A stretch of 64,000 nucleotides of DNA from Blepharisma stoltei ATCC 30299 (lineage: Eukaryota; Protista; Ciliophora): assembly GCA_965603825.1 (NCBI GenBank), contig CBFDEM010000037.1, forward strand, positions 62,001 through 126,000, written 5' to 3'. The notes beneath the pieces are model-generated. The model did not search any database, was not told where the DNA came from, and saw only the letters and a list, made by a program, of their open reading frames with translations. The position numbers and the translations under genes are program-made. This document shows, in pieces, positions 61,716-64,000 of the stretch (its first letter is position 1; the number at the start of each line of letters is the position of its first letter).

Positions 61716-63287
61716 TTATCTAAATTCTTGTATTGGCACTTCTCTATTCCATAAATCCTGCAAATAATCATAAAGATTGCTTGAAAGCGAAATCTTATAA
61801 GGTGTTGGATTAATAGCTCTCGTGATATCATTTCTCATCGCCTCAATCTGCATTTGCAATCTTTCTCTGCCTTCGCTCAAGCTCGGTATTTTTTCAACTA
61901 ATCTTCCATCCCATATCAACTTATGCAATTTTTCCACCTTGCTTGGCACCACAAACATTCTTTTTCTTTCATCAAATGGATGTCTGACTAACATTCTAGT
62001 CCCTACCTGTGGCTCTGCTTCATCACTCATCATCAATACATCACAAATAGCTTCCCCTGACTCTCCAAACAGCCTAAAGGCATTTTTCTTGCATGGGATC
62101 GTGATTTTGTCCTTCTCGTTAGACAGCTTTATTCTGGGGTGTTCTCTGATTTCTACAAGTTTATATACCATTCCTAAAGCTGGCTGAGACTGACAAGTAA
62201 CTAAATTAGTCCCGACTCCAAATACGTCAATTTGGTGCTTTTGGTCATTTAAGGAATGAATTACTGTTTCGTTTATATCATTGCTAGCGACGATTTTAAG
62301 ATCTTCAAAAGGAACGTTAAATTTTTCACTGGTTTTTTTGAACATGGCTCGGGCTTGTATAGACAAATAAGCCAGATCTCCAGAATCCAGTCTGATTCCT
62401 ACTGGCTTGTGGCCGATTTTATATAGCGCGAGTGCTACACATAAGAAATTAGGAATTCCTGAGCCTAGAGTATCATACGTATCAACTAAAGCAAGAAAAG
62501 CATTCGGAAAAGCCTTTGCGTATGAGGCAAATGCAGTTAATTCGCCATCGTTTGTAGTAAATCCGCTTTCCCGGCGGTAATCTAAAGCTAGCTGCAGAAT
62601 ATCTTGTCCATCAATCAATCTATCTCTAAAGTCGCTATAATCCACATATGAGGCAATATAAGAGTGAGCATGAGTTCCAGAGACAGGAATTCCATAAATC
62701 ATCCCTGCAAGTGCGTTGCTGGTGCTATCAAAACCTCCTAAATAACTGTATTTACTAGCTGTCATAGCCCCATCAGGTCCTTGAGCTCTTCTGAGGCCAA
62801 ATTCTAGCATAACCTTATCTTTTCCGGCTGCTTTTCTAAATCTTGCTGCATTAGTCGTGATCAAAGAGGCATAATTGCATAAGACCAGCATAGTAGTTTC
62901 ACAGAGCTGAGCAATAGCTAGCGGTCCTTCAATTCTTAATAAATTTATTCTGGGAAACACCAAAGTGCCTTCTGGGATCGCATATACTTTTAGCTGGCTA
63001 GCATCAATTGAGAGAAGCCAATCAAAAAATTCTGACTCTGCATGAGGGATTAGGGTACGAATATAGTTGACTTCTTCCTGGTTAAACCTAAAATTCTCAA
63101 GAAATTCAATGACTTCAGAAAGTCCAGCAAATACTGTGTACTCGCCTTTGAAAGGGCATTTCCTAAAAAATGCATCAAAGACAGCGTGGTCCATATGATG
63201 CCCGTTTTTCCAGTAAGCGTAGCACATTGTGATTTGGTAAAGATCTGTTAGAAGCGGACGAATGTATTGGTTGTGAGGTCTCTCCAT
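61716..63287 (-). CDS. NAPRT: Nicotinate phosphoribosyltransferase (Preiss-Handler NAD salvage)
   Basis: The 523-aa ORF has hallmark motifs LLTDLYQITM, EFGLRRAQGPDG, SGTHAHS, ALVDTYD, GIRLDSGDL, ASNDINE, GVGTNLVTC and VYKLVE. Confidence 0.97.
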   Translation of the reverse strand: MERPHNQYIRPLLTDLYQITMCYAYWKNGHHMDHAVFDAFFRKCPFKGEYTVFAGLSEVIEFLENFRFNQEEVNYIRTLIPHAESEFFDWLLSIDASQLKVYAIPEGTLVFPRINLLRIEGPLAIAQLCETTMLVLCNYASLITTNAARFRKAAGKDKVMLEFGLRRAQGPDGAMTASKYSYLGGFDSTSNALAGMIYGIPVSGTHAHSYIASYVDYSDFRDRLIDGQDILQLALDYRRESGFTTNDGELTAFASYAKAFPNAFLALVDTYDTLGSGIPNFLCVALALYKIGHKPVGIRLDSGDLAYLSIQARAMFKKTSEKFNVPFEDLKIVASNDINETVIHSLNDQKHQIDVFGVGTNLVTCQSQPALGMVYKLVEIREHPRIKLSNEKDKITIPCKKNAFRLFGESGEAICDVLMMSDEAEPQVGTRMLVRHPFDERKRMFVVPSKVEKLHKLIWDGRLVEKIPSLSEGRERLQMQIEAMRNDITRAINPTPYKISLSSNLYDYLQDLWNREVPIQEFR

Positions 63288-63609
63288 TTTATAACTTTCT
63301 ATTCTTTTTTGATGTAAATGGATTCTGATGCTTAAGTTTATTTAATTTTGAAAACAACCAGTTGAAGCTGATATTAAGTTTTGCATAATTATAAACGCTA
63401 TTATGATTATTAGTATTTTAAAGCTAGCTTTCTTCAATCTTATTAATTGTATTATATTAAATCAGTTTAGATTAATTTCTTAAAAAATAAGAAATTTCAA
63501 ATTCAATATCTTTTCAAAATGAATAAAAATATATTAAAGAGTATTCCAAAAATCTCATTTTTATATATATTTTATTCAAAGTAAAAAATTATAAAATTAA
63601 AACTTATAA

Positions 63610-64000
63610 ATGGCAATAAAGATTTTATTAATCGCAACTTTAGCTTTTATTTGTCTTGCAATAGAAGAAGACAGCTCACAGTTTTTGAAAGAAGATGCAT
63701 GCATGAATTTATTAGAAAGCATGATTAGGGTAGAGAAAGCAAAATTCACTGAAATTTTCAATCTTAGGCCAAATTTAAGGAAAAAAGAACTTCGAGATAA
63801 ACTCAGTGAAAATGCATTCAATTTCTGCACAAAACAAATCACTGATATAGAAGCTCACGAAATTTTGAGGGCAAAATCAAGCAAGCTGCCTTCATATTTC
63901 CATCTCTTGCCTTTAAATATTGATAGCATTCATTTTCCTGAAGATTTATCGCCAGACAAAGCTTGGCCTTCACATAGACGAGCAATTAAGAAAAGACTCA
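63610..64000 (+). CDS. Secreted/ER protein of unknown function (3'-partial)
   Basis: The ORF is open from ATG 63610 to the window end: MAIKILLIATLAFICLAIEEDSSQFLKEDACMNLLES...AIKKRL, with a signal-peptide-like N-terminus. The track missed it because there is no stop in the window. Confidence 0.75.
   Translation, partial: MAIKILLIATLAFICLAIEEDSSQFLKEDACMNLLESMIRVEKAKFTEIFNLRPNLRKKELRDKLSENAFNFCTKQITDIEAHEILRAKSSKLPSYFHLLPLNIDSIHFPEDLSPDKAWPSHRRAIKKRL

Noticed and set aside
1-64000. CRISPR array, prokaryotic operon, transposase, rRNA or tRNA genes
   Set aside because: All repeats are protein-coding or segmental. I recognised no repeat-spacer structure, transposase motifs, terminal inverted repeats or structured RNA genes by eye. 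A covariance-model search was not possible.

Overview
AT-rich eukaryotic DNA, most likely the somatic (macronuclear) genome of a heterotrich ciliate of the Blepharisma type. In-frame TGA behaves as Trp: it aligns with TGG in paralogs and joins split ORFs. TAA ends every complete gene, and a candidate 15-nt GT-AG intron is present. About 60 kb of the window is a head-to-tail tandem array with a period of about 27 kb. Each unit carries a giant, apparently intronless surface-receptor gene: a partial copy at <1..4325, a 6,695-aa copy at 11162..31249 and a ~7,350-aa copy at 36359..58405. The architecture is signal peptide, thousands of residues of hierarchical Cys-rich furin-like repeats, a REJ-like region, a GPS motif (HF|S) and five TM helices resembling TM1-5 of polycystin-1, with no PLAT domain and no channel half. 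The copies differ in repeat number, are recombinant mosaics and share one hypervariable patch. Co-duplicated passengers (a Zn-finger/Kelch-like/TPR gene and two small basic Trp-motif genes) are best preserved in the first spacer and decayed in later ones. Beyond the array edge (~59695) lie a secreted LamG-like gene, NAPRT and the start of another secreted-protein gene. Domain and taxon calls come from motif recognition by eye, not database searches.
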